In this document: piece by piece, positions 1 through 10,361 of the stretch
How positions within the stretch are numbered: position 1 is the first letter of the stretch
How the letters are laid out: each line of letters opens with the position of its first letter
Assembly: GCF_006345805.1 (NCBI RefSeq)
Contig: NW_021831917.1
Location: 1 to 34,794 of the forward strand
Reading direction: 5' to 3'
Source of the DNA: Octopus sinensis
Taxonomy: Eukaryota
DNA: 34,794 nucleotides
Made by a program: the position numbers and the translations under genes
The notes under the pieces: model-generated
The model's database searches: none
What the model saw: the letters and a program-made list of their open reading frames with translations, nothing else
What the model was told of the DNA's origin: nothing

Positions 1-92
1 AAAGAATAAGTTCTGGGGTCGATTTGCTCGAGTAAAGGGTGGTGGTGCTCCAGCATGGCCACAGTCAAATGACTGAAACAAGTAAAAAGAGA
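1..92 (+). mobile_element. SINE family A, 3' tail fragment (window edge)
   Basis: AAGAATAAGT.CTGGGGTCGATTTGCTCGA...GGTGCTCCAGCATGGCC.CAGTCAAATGACTGAAACAAGTAAAA matches the 3' end of the full copy at 1248-1654. Confidence 0.85.
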
Positions 93-140
93 ATATATTA
101 ATTCATTTCCTAATAATATTTCATTATCGAATGGCTAAGC

Positions 141-207
141 GGGTCCATCCGAGTAAAATAGAAATCTTAGGGGTCCATAGTTTTAAAAAAATGTTTGAGA
201 AACGCTG
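141..207 (-). mobile_element. hAT/Charlie-like DNA transposon (MITE) terminal fragment
   Basis: Reverse complement begins CAGCGTTTCTCAAACATTTTTT...TATGGACCCCT and aligns by eye with 32992-33056; CAG.G.TTCTCAA resembles Charlie-type hAT termini. Confidence 0.5.
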
Positions 208-295
208 ATGTATGTGACTCCCTGCCGTATAATTCCAGAAACGAAATTTTTCTTCAAAATACGAATAAAATATACTTTATAATACACCCCACAAA

Positions 296-710
296 GGCGG
301 CGAGCTGGCAGAATCGTTAGCGCGCCGGGCGAAATGCTTAGCGGTACTTTGTCTGTCTTTACGTTCTGAGTTCAAATTCCGCCGAGGTCGACTTTACCTT
401 TCATCCTTTCGGGGTCGATTAAACAAGTACCAGGTACGCACTGGGGTTGATATAATCAACTTAATCCGTTTGTCTGTCCTTGTTTGTCCTCTCTGTGTTT
501 AGCCCCTTGTGGGTAGTAAAGAAATAGGTATTTTGTCTGTCGTTACGTTCTGAGTACAAATTCCGTTGAGGTCAACTTTGTCTGTCATCCTTTCGGGGTC
601 GATAAATAAAGTACCAGTTTCGCACTGGGGTCGATATAATCGACTCAGTCCCTTCGTCTGTCCTTGTTTGTCCCCTCTATGTTTAGCCCTTTCTGTGCAG
701 TAAAGAAATA
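296..710 (+). mobile_element. SINE family B, head plus tandem dimer of ~184-bp body
   Basis: Head GGCGAGCTGGCAGAATCGTTAG (A-box-like), B-box-like GAGTTCAAATTCC; the body repeats from GGTA at 343 and at 527. Confidence 0.85.
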
Positions 711-1247
711 TATAATACACCTCACTATATCCCCCCCCACACACACACATACACAATGCAAACCGAATGTACACCCTATATAATTACTTTTAGCTTTATT
801 ATTCTATTTGCCTGTTAATTTATTTATTGTTTATTACATTTAATATAATAATTTGTTGTGAGTGACATACAGCACCACAGATGTCCATTTGTAACGTCCC
901 GCAGGAGTTGACATGTTGTCGTCTGCCTTTCCAGTCAGCCATTACAAGCCATCAACCAGTCGTTGCCGGCCTTAGCAATAATGGCAGTGAGGCGGGAAGA
1001 GATAAATCCGGGGAAACACATGTATACGACCGGGTCATATTGTGACCCCCACCCACTCTTAATCAGTGACGAGGCCCCTCTATGGCCGTCGCTCGACCTA
1101 TTTCTCTATAATGCTGGAAAGAGCAGCTAGATCAATCTCATATACTCCCTATAGGACAAAGTAGTGTCTTCTATACACATCAGATAATGTACTCCTAGAT
1201 ACATTTAGTCAGAATAAAAGAATACATTAGAAAATGTAATCCGATAT

Positions 1248-1654
1248 GGCTGTGTGGTAAGTAGCTTGCTTACCAACCACATGGTCCTGGGTTCAGTCCC
1301 ACTGCGTGGTACCTTGGGCAAGTGTCTTCTACTATAGTCTTGGGCCGACCAAAGCCTTGTGAGTGGATTTGATTGACGGAAACTGAAAGAAGCCCGACAT
1401 ATATATATATATAAATATATATATGTGTGTGTGTGTGTGTGTGTTTGCGTGTCTGCGTTTGTCCTCCCAACATTGCTTGACATCCGATGCTGGTGTGTTT
1501 ACGTCCCCGTAACTTACCGGTTCGGCAAAAGAGACCGATAGAATAAGTGCTAGGCTTCCAAAGAATAAGTCCTGGGGTCGATTTGTTCGACTAAAGGTGG
1601 TGCTCCAGCATGGCCGCAGTCAAAATGACTGAAACAAGTAAGAGAGTAAAGAGT
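1248..1654 (+). mobile_element. SINE family A, full length (tRNA-like head, CORE-like segment, internal (TA)(TG) microsatellite, tail)
   Basis: GGCTGTGTGGTAAGTAGC...GGGTTCAGTCCC (A/B boxes), CCTTGGGCAAGTGTCTT (CORE-like); near-identical copies at 25763-26167 and 30735-31147. Confidence 0.9.
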
Positions 1655-1816
1655 ATATGCCATGTCTGAATAAAAGACAGGGTACATTATATAATGTAGT
1701 CCTAGATACATTATGCCTGAATAAAAAGATAGCATGATGACAACTGGAACATCATTGGTCGAATGGATCAAAACAGACCTGAGGTTAGACAACGACAACA
1801 CCACCAACAACACCAG

Positions 1817-2012
1817 TGGAGGCGCAGAGGCCCAGTGGTTAGGGTAGCGGACTCGCAGTCGTATGAACGCGGTTTCGATTTCCAGACCGGGCATTGTGAG
1901 TGTTTATTGAGCAAAAACACCTAAGCTCCACGAAGCTCTGGCGGGGGTGGGGGGAGTGAACCCCGCTGTACTCTTTCACCACAACTTTCTCTCACTCTTT
2001 CTTCCTGCTTCT
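1817..2012 (+). mobile_element. SINE family C, 3'-truncated
   Basis: TGGAGGCGCAGAGGCCCAGTGGTTAGGG...GGTTTCGATTTCC matches the 5' half of the full copy at 4616-5008. Confidence 0.85.
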
Positions 2013-2283
2013 GCCACAAGGCAGAGAAACCATGGTGTAACCCACTATGGTGTGGTAAAACTTTCAGACCCTAGTCTAGATTGCGAATCCTCTCTACCCC
2101 CCCCAGGATGGTTCAGCTCTCCGCCCGTTAAAAGCCACCGTTTGCGGAATGAGGACAACAACGTAGCTTTCGCGCCCGTGCAACCGCCGGTCTATCGCAT
2201 GTGGTACCACACGCATTCTTAGTAGCTTAGAGTAGGCTCGAACTAGAGATTATTCTTCGTGGTTAATGGTGTGAGTCCTGATT

Positions 2284-2388
2284 AGAAGAAGAAGAAGAAG
2301 AAGAAGAAGAAGAAGAAGAAGAAGAAGAAGAAGAAGAGAAGAAGAAGAAGAAGAAGAAGGAGAAGAAGAAGAGAAGAAGAAGAAGAAG
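2284..2388. repeat. (GAA)n microsatellite followed by a short (GGT)n
   Basis: Directly visible. Confidence 0.95.
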
Positions 2389-2625
2389 ACACCAACAACA
2401 CTGGGTGGTGGTGGTGGTAGTGGTGGTGGCGGCGGCGGTGATGGAAACTATCTGCATTTCTGTAAGTCGGAATCGATTCTTGATAGATAGATAATATTGA
2501 ATATCAATCAGGGTGTTTGATTAGAACATATAATCGATATTATGTAATTATAATCTCCTCTTCTCTTTACGAAGTTTTTAATCATCAGACAAATATTTGC
2601 CGTGTAATATTTGTCTACCTTCCAA

Positions 2626-2890
2626 GACGACGAGTTGGCAGAATGCTTAGCGGCGGTTTGTTCGTCCTTACTTTCTGAGTTCAAATTCCGTTGGGGTCGA
2701 CTTTGTCTTTCAGCGTCGATGAAATGAGTACCAGTCGAGCATTAGGGTCAATATAATTGATTTGCCCCCAACCCCACCCTTCCCCGAATTTATTGGCCTC
2801 TTGTCAAAATTTGAAAGCAATATTTGTCTACCTGAAGGCGGCGTGTTGGCAGAATCGTTATAGCGTCGGACAAAATGCTTAGCGGCAGTT
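2626..2890 (+). mobile_element. Two degraded SINE family B fragments
   Basis: GAGTTGGCAGAATGCTTAGCGG...TTCTGAGTTCAAATTCCG at 2631-2700; second head GGCGTGTTGGCAGAATCGTTA...AAATGCTTAGCGG at about 2838-2886. Confidence 0.7.
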
Positions 2891-2984
2891 CTATGTGGGG
2901 GATGTCTGTGGGTCTGTGGGTCTGTGTTATGTGTGTACGTGTATGTGTGTGTGTTATGCGTGTATGTGAGTGTGTGTGTGCGTG

Positions 2985-4460
2985 TGCGCAAACAGAATCT
3001 TCACAATCAGCGTCCAACAGATATGTATATTCATACACTGAAGGAAGTCCCGCTTATTCCATAACACAATCTGGGTAAATAAAGTGAACTACATTTCGAT
3101 GTAAGCATGAGAGGCTACGACGGAACAGAAATAAGTGAACTACTAGGACCATAGACTCTAGAAAACCAATGAAATATACTCGAACCACTCTAGAATAGAG
3201 TTATACAGAAATGATGGTCGATAAATCTTCCAAAACGCCAACAGGCACGAATTAGACACAATAAAAAAGTGATGAAAACTGTCGGACCCCAACTTACTCT
3301 TGATAAATATTTCCTAGACATAACACTAAACCTAATCATAGGAAAACACTATCCCCATAGAAAACCGAATTAAGTCCTACCATATATAAATAAATGTTGT
3401 GATTACCTGCCTTCAATAAAGAACCTAGTCAGCAACATGAACCGACGAATCTTCTCAACATTTTCGAATAAAACAACATTCTATCAGGCAGCGCCATTCT
3501 ACAATGAGGTGCTGCATATAAGCGGGTTCAGAGAAAATTAAGTATTCATATCTAAAACCACACAAATAAGGAGCAGCTCAAACAGAATACAAAAAAACCA
3601 AAAAGAAAAAAACAAAATGATGAAATATCGTCTGGTTCAACTCACTTTTCATCCTACATCTAGCGATATTACTGACAGTATTGTTTTTAACACTAACCAA
3701 CAGATCACAGATACCATAAGCTATTCAAAGGAAAGAACAATGAAGTTAGCTACTCTTGCACAAGAAGCAACAGTTTCACGCCAGCTAAGCTATAAATTAC
3801 CAAAATATCTAGAAACTACAGCTTATACCCCAAAATAGATGCAATTGCAACGAATAAATACCTATTTCTTTACTACCCACAAGGGGCTAAACACAGAAGG
3901 GGCAAACAAGGACAGACAAACGGATTAAGTCAATTACATCAACCCCAGTGCATAACTGGTACTTAATTTATCGATCCCGAAAGGATGAAAGGCAAAGTCG
4001 ACCTCAGCGGAATTTGAACTCAGAACTTAACGGCAGACGAAATACCTGTAAGCATTTCACCCGGCGCGTTAACGTTTCTGCCAGCTCGCCGCCTAAAAAT
4101 ATAAGCAGTACACAAAACAATATTATAGGAGGGAGAGCCAATTAAAATTATATCCGAGCAATAAGCGAGATATTCAGAGTTAGATACACGCGATACAAAC
4201 TCGTTCCGTAACATTTATAGAAAGAGAGTAACATCTCAATCGAATTTTTATTTTGTAAGCTAAGGATAAAAATATAAATGTAAATGTAAAATGGATGCCA
4301 ATAGACAATATTACCCTCTACGTAAATTTTCTGGGATATGCCCCTGTGCACCGCAAAAAAATACGACATAATTAGGCAACACATACGCTTGCTTGATAGA
4401 GAAACTAAATGGTGTCACGTTGAGACACGAAAATAAATTTTATTTAAAATCTGCTCAAAT
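2985..4460 (+). pseudogene. Penelope-like retroelement relic: RT, thumb, linker and GIY-YIG endonuclease, frameshifted
   Basis: Manual translation across frameshifts gives H*RKSRLFHNTIWVNK, FDVSMRGYDGTEISELLG (3095), LYRNDG (3201), FLDITLNLIIGKHYPHRKPN, NIVWFNSLF, HKLFKGKNNEVSYSC, CNCNE, NYIRAISEIFRVRYT, KLKDKNINVNVKW, CPLCTAKKYDII and RHENKFYL. These follow the PLE motif order (MGSYDGAE, YRDDG, FLDVTL, IIWFNPP, KVSYSC, YIG..FKxRY, CxLC.EK, CRHENKF). Confidence 0.85.
3857..4093 (-). mobile_element. SINE family B monomer inserted into the PLE linker/endonuclease region
   Basis: Reverse complement of head (4093) through tail GTAGTAAAGAAATAGGTATT (3857); PLE homology resumes on both sides. Confidence 0.9.
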
Positions 4461-4615
4461 CGAAAACAGCATAAATATTCGATGATGTAGTTACAGGAAG
4501 GAAAGCTGAGTAAGTACGGCAACGCCAAACTCAGTGAATAATATAACAAAGTTAAACCATAGAAAATAAAAGCAATTTAGAGACATTCAAATCATAAGTC
4601 AATACAGAAATTAAA

Positions 4616-5008
4616 GAGGAGGCGCAATGGCCCAGTGGTTAGGGCAGCGGAATCGCGGTCGTAGAATCGCGGTTTCGATTCACAGACAGGCCGTTGTGAG
4701 TGTTTATGAGCGAAAACACCTAAAGCTCCACGAGGCTCCGGCAGGGGATGGTGGTGATCCTGCTGTACTCTTTTACACAACTTTCTCTCACTCTTACTTC
4801 CTGTTTTGTTGTACCTGTATTTCAAGGGGACCCCTTGTTCACTCTCTGTGTCACGCTGAATATCCCCGAGAACTACGTTAAGGGTACACGTGTCTGTGGA
4901 GTGCTCAGCCACTTACACGTTAATTTCACGAGCAGGCTGTTCCGTTGATCGGATCAAACGGAACCCTCGTTGTCGTAACCGACGGAGTGCTTCTAAAAAA
5001 AAAAAAAA
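4616..5008 (+). mobile_element. SINE family C, full length with poly(A) tail and 12-bp TSD
   Basis: TSD ACAGAAATTAAA at 4604-4615 and 5009-5020; A/B boxes TGGCCCAGTGG and GGTTTCGATTC; poly(A) at 4995-5008. Confidence 0.92.
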
Positions 5009-5618
5009 ACAGAAATTAAAAAAGAAAAAAAACATGACAGCGTGATATTAAAAAAATATTAGCTGCATCAGACATTTTCAGAATCAACATGGAAAAATGA
5101 CGTGAGCAGAAAACAACTTTAGTAAAACCAGTTTTGGTAGAACCTGTTACAGCGATGAACTCAACCATTTGAAGCAAGACAACTGTTGAATTGAATTGGG
5201 CAACGAAAAAGCGACAAAACGACAATGATAAGAAAATATAACGGATTGGAAATGAATGATAATACGGATATAATAGAAAAAATTGACCAACGAATATAAA
5301 ACAGGCGACCGATTAGCAAACAAAAAGCGAAGAAAAAAAGCCGCTTTAACAAAATAATATTTACAAACTATGTAATGAAATCGATGACTACACACAGGAG
5401 AATAAATCCGCGCCAATGTGTACAAAACCACATCAAAATACAAAAAAGAAAACAGTTCGTACGAATAAAGCAACAGTGTGAAACTTGAGTTGAAATAAAA
5501 TTCGTTCAGAATAAATTATCTATCAATCAGTCTGTCTGTCTGTTTGTCTATCTATCTAACTAGCTAGCTTTCTATCTATCTGTCTGTCCGTCCGTCTACG
5601 AGAATATATATATATATA

Positions 5619-5661
<43 letters not shown>

Positions 5662-5736
5662 GAACGCCATTATGGACCTTTAGCTCCAACGCGCATTTTT
5701 TTCTCTCCTTGTTCTCTCCTTGTTTCTTTTTGTGTA

Positions 5737-5773
5737 TCTTCTGTTGAAGAGCGTTGGCTCGAAACGTAAAAGA
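5737..5773 (+). ncRNA. Minimal hammerhead-ribozyme-like motif (PLE type), core variant
   Basis: TCTT-CTGTTGA-A-GAGC-GTTG-GCTC-GAA-ACGT-A-AAAGA: 4-bp stem II, palindromic ACGT stem III; A6 of CUGANGA is U here. Confidence 0.5.
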
Positions 5774-5994
5774 CTTTTTCTATTTCTATTCCTGAGCGCC
5801 ATACTAATACAATTGTTTGTTGTACTCCACCTGCCTTCGTCTTTTGTTTATTTTCGTAAACCTTCCCGTTATATATGGATATATATCTCTGTATGTGTGT
5901 GTGTGTGTGTAGTTAACTCAAACGGACAATTATAAAACAGAGAAAAAAAGTAAAAAAACGAACAAGAAATATATCAATTTGACGCTCAATTTGA

Positions 5995-6026
5995 TACACA
6001 CACACACACACACACTCACACACACA

Positions 6027-6110
<84 letters not shown>

Positions 6111-6252
6111 CGACAGGCTTCTTTCAGTTTCCGTCTACCAAATCTACTCACAAGGCTTTGATCGGCCCGAGGCTATAGTAGAAGGCACTTGCCCAAGGTG
6201 GGATTGAACCCGGAACCACGTGGTTGGTAAGCAAGCTACTTACCACACAGCC
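5995..6252 (-). mobile_element. SINE family A head plus internal (TA)(TG) microsatellite, tail missing
   Basis: Reverse complement of GGCTGTGTGGTAAGTAGCTTGCTTACCAACCAC...GAAAGAAGCCTGTCGTATG at 6106-6252, then (CA)n(TA)n. Confidence 0.85.
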
Positions 6253-6504
6253 TATAACTACAGGAATTTCAGCATTTGTTTCGCAGTTATTTCTACTCGT
6301 CAGAGATCAATCATTTCACTTTTCAACGAATAAAAAATTACAAACAATTGCTTGTGTAAATATATTGACGCACTAATACGAGGCTGATTGCCAGGATTTG
6401 ATAAGAAATCTACCAACACAGGAAGATTCTGAATAAATATGAATAGATATTCATAAAATTCATAAAAATATATATTTAGTCCACTGTGAAAATGTAACAA
6501 AACA

Positions 6505-6980
6505 TTCTTCTTCTTCTTATCTTCTGCTTTCTCTTTTCTATTCTTCTTCTTCTTCTTCTTCTTCTTCTTCTCTTCTTCTTCTCTTTCTATTTCTTCTTCT
6601 TCTCTTTCTTTTCTTCTTCTTCTTCTTTATTTCTTCTTCTTCTTCTTCTTCTTCTATGTCTTCTCTTTTCTTCTTCTTCTTCTATTCTTCTTATTTCTTC
6701 TTCTTCTTCTTCTTCTATTTCTTCTTCTTCTACTTCTTGTTCTATTTCTTCTTCTTTTCTTTCTCTTCTTCTTCTTCTTCCTCCTATTCTTTTCTCCTTC
6801 GCCCTTCGTCTCTTCTTCTCCTCTTTCTTCTTTCTTTTTCTTCTTCCTCTCGTCTTCTTCTCTTTTCTTCTTCTTCTTCGCCTTCGTCTTGTCTTCTTCT
6901 TCTTCTTCTTCTTTCTTCTTTTCTTCTTCTTCTTCTTCTTATTCTTCTTCTTTTTTTCTCCCACTTCTCCTCCTCTTCAT
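6505..6980. repeat. Degenerate (TTC)n polypyrimidine microsatellite, about 475 bp
   Basis: Directly visible; explains the K/R/E-rich and F/S-rich spurious ORFs. Confidence 0.95.
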
Positions 6981-7004
6981 GCATATCAGCTCAATCCATC
7001 TCGT

Positions 7005-7275
7005 AAAAGTATATATATATATATATGTGTGTGTGTATGTGTGTGTGTGTGCGTGTGTATATGTTTGTATGTCTGTGTTTATCCCTCCCAACATCGCTTG
7101 ACAACCGATGCTGGTGTGTTTACGTCCCCGTAACTTAGCGGTTCGGCAAAAAAAAACATAGCATAAGTACTAAGCTTACAAAGAATAAACTCTAGGGTCG
7201 ATTTGCTCGACTAAAGGCGGTGCTCCAGCATGGCCGCAGTCAAATGACTGAAACAAGTAAAAGAGTAAAGGAGTA
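7005..7275 (+). mobile_element. SINE family A microsatellite plus tail, head missing
   Basis: CCCAACATCGCTTGACAACCGATGCTGG...GACTGAAACAAGTAAAAGAG matches the 3' half of 1248-1654. Confidence 0.85.
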
Positions 7276-7740
7276 TATATATATATATATATGTATATGT
7301 GTGTATATGTGTGTATATATATATTCATAACACACACATATATAAACTCTCTCTCTCTCTCACACACACACATACTAACACACACACGTACACATACATT
7401 TAACTATCTATATATATGTGTATAACTTTTCCCTCACGTCTCCTCCTACCTACCTACCTCTCACTTCCCCTCTTTCTCTTTCTCTTTTCATCTCACCCCT
7501 CTCTGTTTCTGTCTCTCTCTCTTTCTTTATCATAACACATGTTCATTAAAACACAAACACACGTCTGCTAATCACACCACGAGCAGAGAATGGAGCCAGC
7601 CTCTCTCCTCACCACGGTGAAGAAGAAATGCGTTTTACAGCCGAAGCATTCATAATCAATCCCAGCTTTCGCCTAATACACGCTCATCTCATCCTCACAC
7701 CCCCATTCCACTTTGCCGTATCTATGTGAACACACGCTCA

Positions 7741-7784
<44 letters not shown>

Positions 7785-8671
7785 CACTTACATGTTTATA
7801 TAAAACAAAGACACGACTCGTCCTCTTTCTCTAGCTATTTCAGCTAATCAATTTATTTGACACTCTCCCAGCTTGTCGGTCACATCTTGTGTGACACACT
7901 GCTATGGCTTATTCACAAAAAGCTTTTTTGTTCCGTTTTGTTTCATTTTGTTTTGTTTTCTACCCATCCATTCAACCTTCTCGTCTCCATGCATCACCTA
8001 AAAATCAGTTTTATTTAAACCGGACGATCGCGTACGTTCATCCTCCGAAGGGCTGTCAACGCCACTAATTCCCTCCATCCATCCCCTTCTCCCGTCTCTC
8101 TCCCTCTCTTTCTCTCTCCCTCTCTTTCTCTCTCTCCTTCTTACTATCTTCCTCTCTCTTTCCATCATAGAAACCAAACAAAATTCGTGATAAAATGTCA
8201 GTCGCAATGAACGTACGACTGAGCAGACGATCTTTAATCACGGCTTTATCTCGGTTACCCAGTCACCAGCACTCATGAAAGAGATTGTGAATGGTGTTCG
8301 ACTCCTCACTCAACGACAGAGTTCACGCAAGCTAATTCATTCATGTGTTAGAGAATACGGATTTCTAAAACCGCCATATTGCCTCTTCTTTTCTTATTTA
8401 TCGAGAATTAATTCAATCTTTTTTTTATATACTTATTTACTGTTTTATTTAACTATTAAATGAACACAAAAGAAAATCAATTGACCAAACTAGACTTTCG
8501 GTCAGTATTTTAACGAGAGGACTCAACAGATATGACTATCGCTGGAGAGAGAATATATATGAGTGTATATATATATATATGTCTGTAAAAAAGAAAATGA
8601 ATGTAAATGCTTAAACGCCTACAGCTAAGTGACAACATCACTTTCCTTTTCCCTCTGCGTTTCTTCATTAT

Positions 8672-8698
8672 CTGATGAGGAACAATAACCGAAATATT
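8672..8698 (+). ncRNA. Possible minimal hammerhead-like relic
   Basis: CTGATGA-GG-AACAATAA-CC-GAA-ATAT-T: intact core boxes, 2-bp stem II, palindromic ATAT; stem I not convincingly paired. Confidence 0.3.
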
Positions 8699-8825
8699 AA
8701 CTTATTCATTGCTCAGAACATTTTAATTTATCAAATTTTTCTGTAAACTCCCGTGTTAATTAATTTGCTGCTGACACACAACCACATCTGATTTTTCTCA
8801 GAATTCTGTAGTTTCTAAATTATAT

Positions 8826-10058
8826 AATACATACATACTACACACGTACATACATACATACATACATACATACATACATACATACATACAATACATACAT
8901 AATACATACATACATACATACATACATACATACATGCACACATACCTACATACATACATACATACATACATACAGACATACATACATACAAACATACATA
9001 CATACAAACATACAAACATACATACATACATACATACATACATACATACATACATACATGCACACATACCTACATACATACATACATACATACATACATA
9101 CATACATACATACATACATACAGACATACATACATACATACATACATGCATGCATGCACGCATGCACGCATGCACACATACCTACATACATACATACATA
9201 CATACATACATACATACATACATACATACATACATACATACATACAAACATACATACATACATACATACATACAAACATACATACATACAAACATACATA
9301 CATACATACATACATACATACATACATACATACATGCACACATACCTACATACATACATACATACATACATACAAACATACAAACATACATACATACATA
9401 CATACATACATACATACATACATACATGCACACATACCTACATACATACATACATACATACATACATACATACATACATACATACATACATACAGACATA
9501 CATACATACATACAACATGCATGCATGCACCATGCACGCATGCACACATACCTACATACATACATACATACATACATACATACTAATACATACATACATA
9601 CATACATACATACATACAAACATAATACCTACATACATACATAATCAAACATACATACATACAAACATACATACATACATACATACATACATACTACATA
9701 CATACATACATACATACATGCACACATACCTACATACATACATACATACAAACATACATACATACATACATACATACATACATACATCACACATACATAC
9801 ATACAAACATACATACATACAAACATACATACATACATACATACATACATACATACTACATACATACATGCACACATACTACATACATACATACATACAT
9901 ACATACATACATACATACATACATACATACAGACATACATACATACATACATACATGCATGCATGCACGCATGCACGCATGCACACATACCTACATACAT
10001 ACATACATACATACATACATACATACATACATACATACATACAGACATACATACATAC
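8826..10058. repeat. (ACAT)n array of about 1.2 kb with recurrent variant blocks
   Basis: Directly visible; recurring ACATGCACACATACCT and GCATGCATGCACGCATGCAC blocks. Confidence 0.95.
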
Positions 10059-10361
10059 AACAGACCTGATATAAAGATTTGGGATAGATAAGAGAAACTG
10101 TGCACAGTTGGGGAAATTAGCTGCCCAGCGGATGTTAACATAAAGCTGAAGATCAGTGAAAAAGAGAACACTTATGCTGAACTACTGAGAAATCAGAAGT
10201 TATTCTATCCAGATTACAAGTTCAGGTTTATATCTGTAATTATTGGGGCCCTGGGATATACAACACACTGTCTAAATAACAATCTTGAGAAATTAGGCTT
10301 CTCAAAACCAGAAAGGAGAAAGCTAATTCGAAGACTACAGATCCAATCCATCACTGGAACT
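10059..10361 (+). pseudogene. R4/Dong-like non-LTR retrotransposon, C-terminal RLE endonuclease fragment
   Basis: NRPDIKIWDR*EKLCTVGEISCPADVNIKLKISEKENTYAELL...KFRFISVIIGALG...LQIQSITGT fits the PD..E..P..EK..Y..L..IIGALG RLE pattern of R4-clade elements. Confidence 0.8.

Noticed and set aside
1070-1100. GTGACGA-GGCC-CCTCTAT-GGCC as a hammerhead
   Set aside because: No GAAA box follows, and the context resembles the old repeat remnant also seen near 32805-32850.
2583-2589. TCATCAG (CTGATGA on the minus strand)
   Set aside because: No stem II or GAAA at a suitable distance.
4616-4700. SINE heads as functional tRNA genes (also 1817, 20420, 23910, 30012)
   Set aside because: Each continues into a SINE body and tail, some with TSDs; they are tRNA-derived promoters.
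6587-7006. K/R/E-rich protamine-like ORFs
   Set aside because: Translations of the (TTC)n/(GAA)n tract.
8798-10171. Long HTYI/MYVC ORFs (also 20757-23368)
   Set aside because: Translations of (ACAT)n/(ATGT)n, which lack stop codons.
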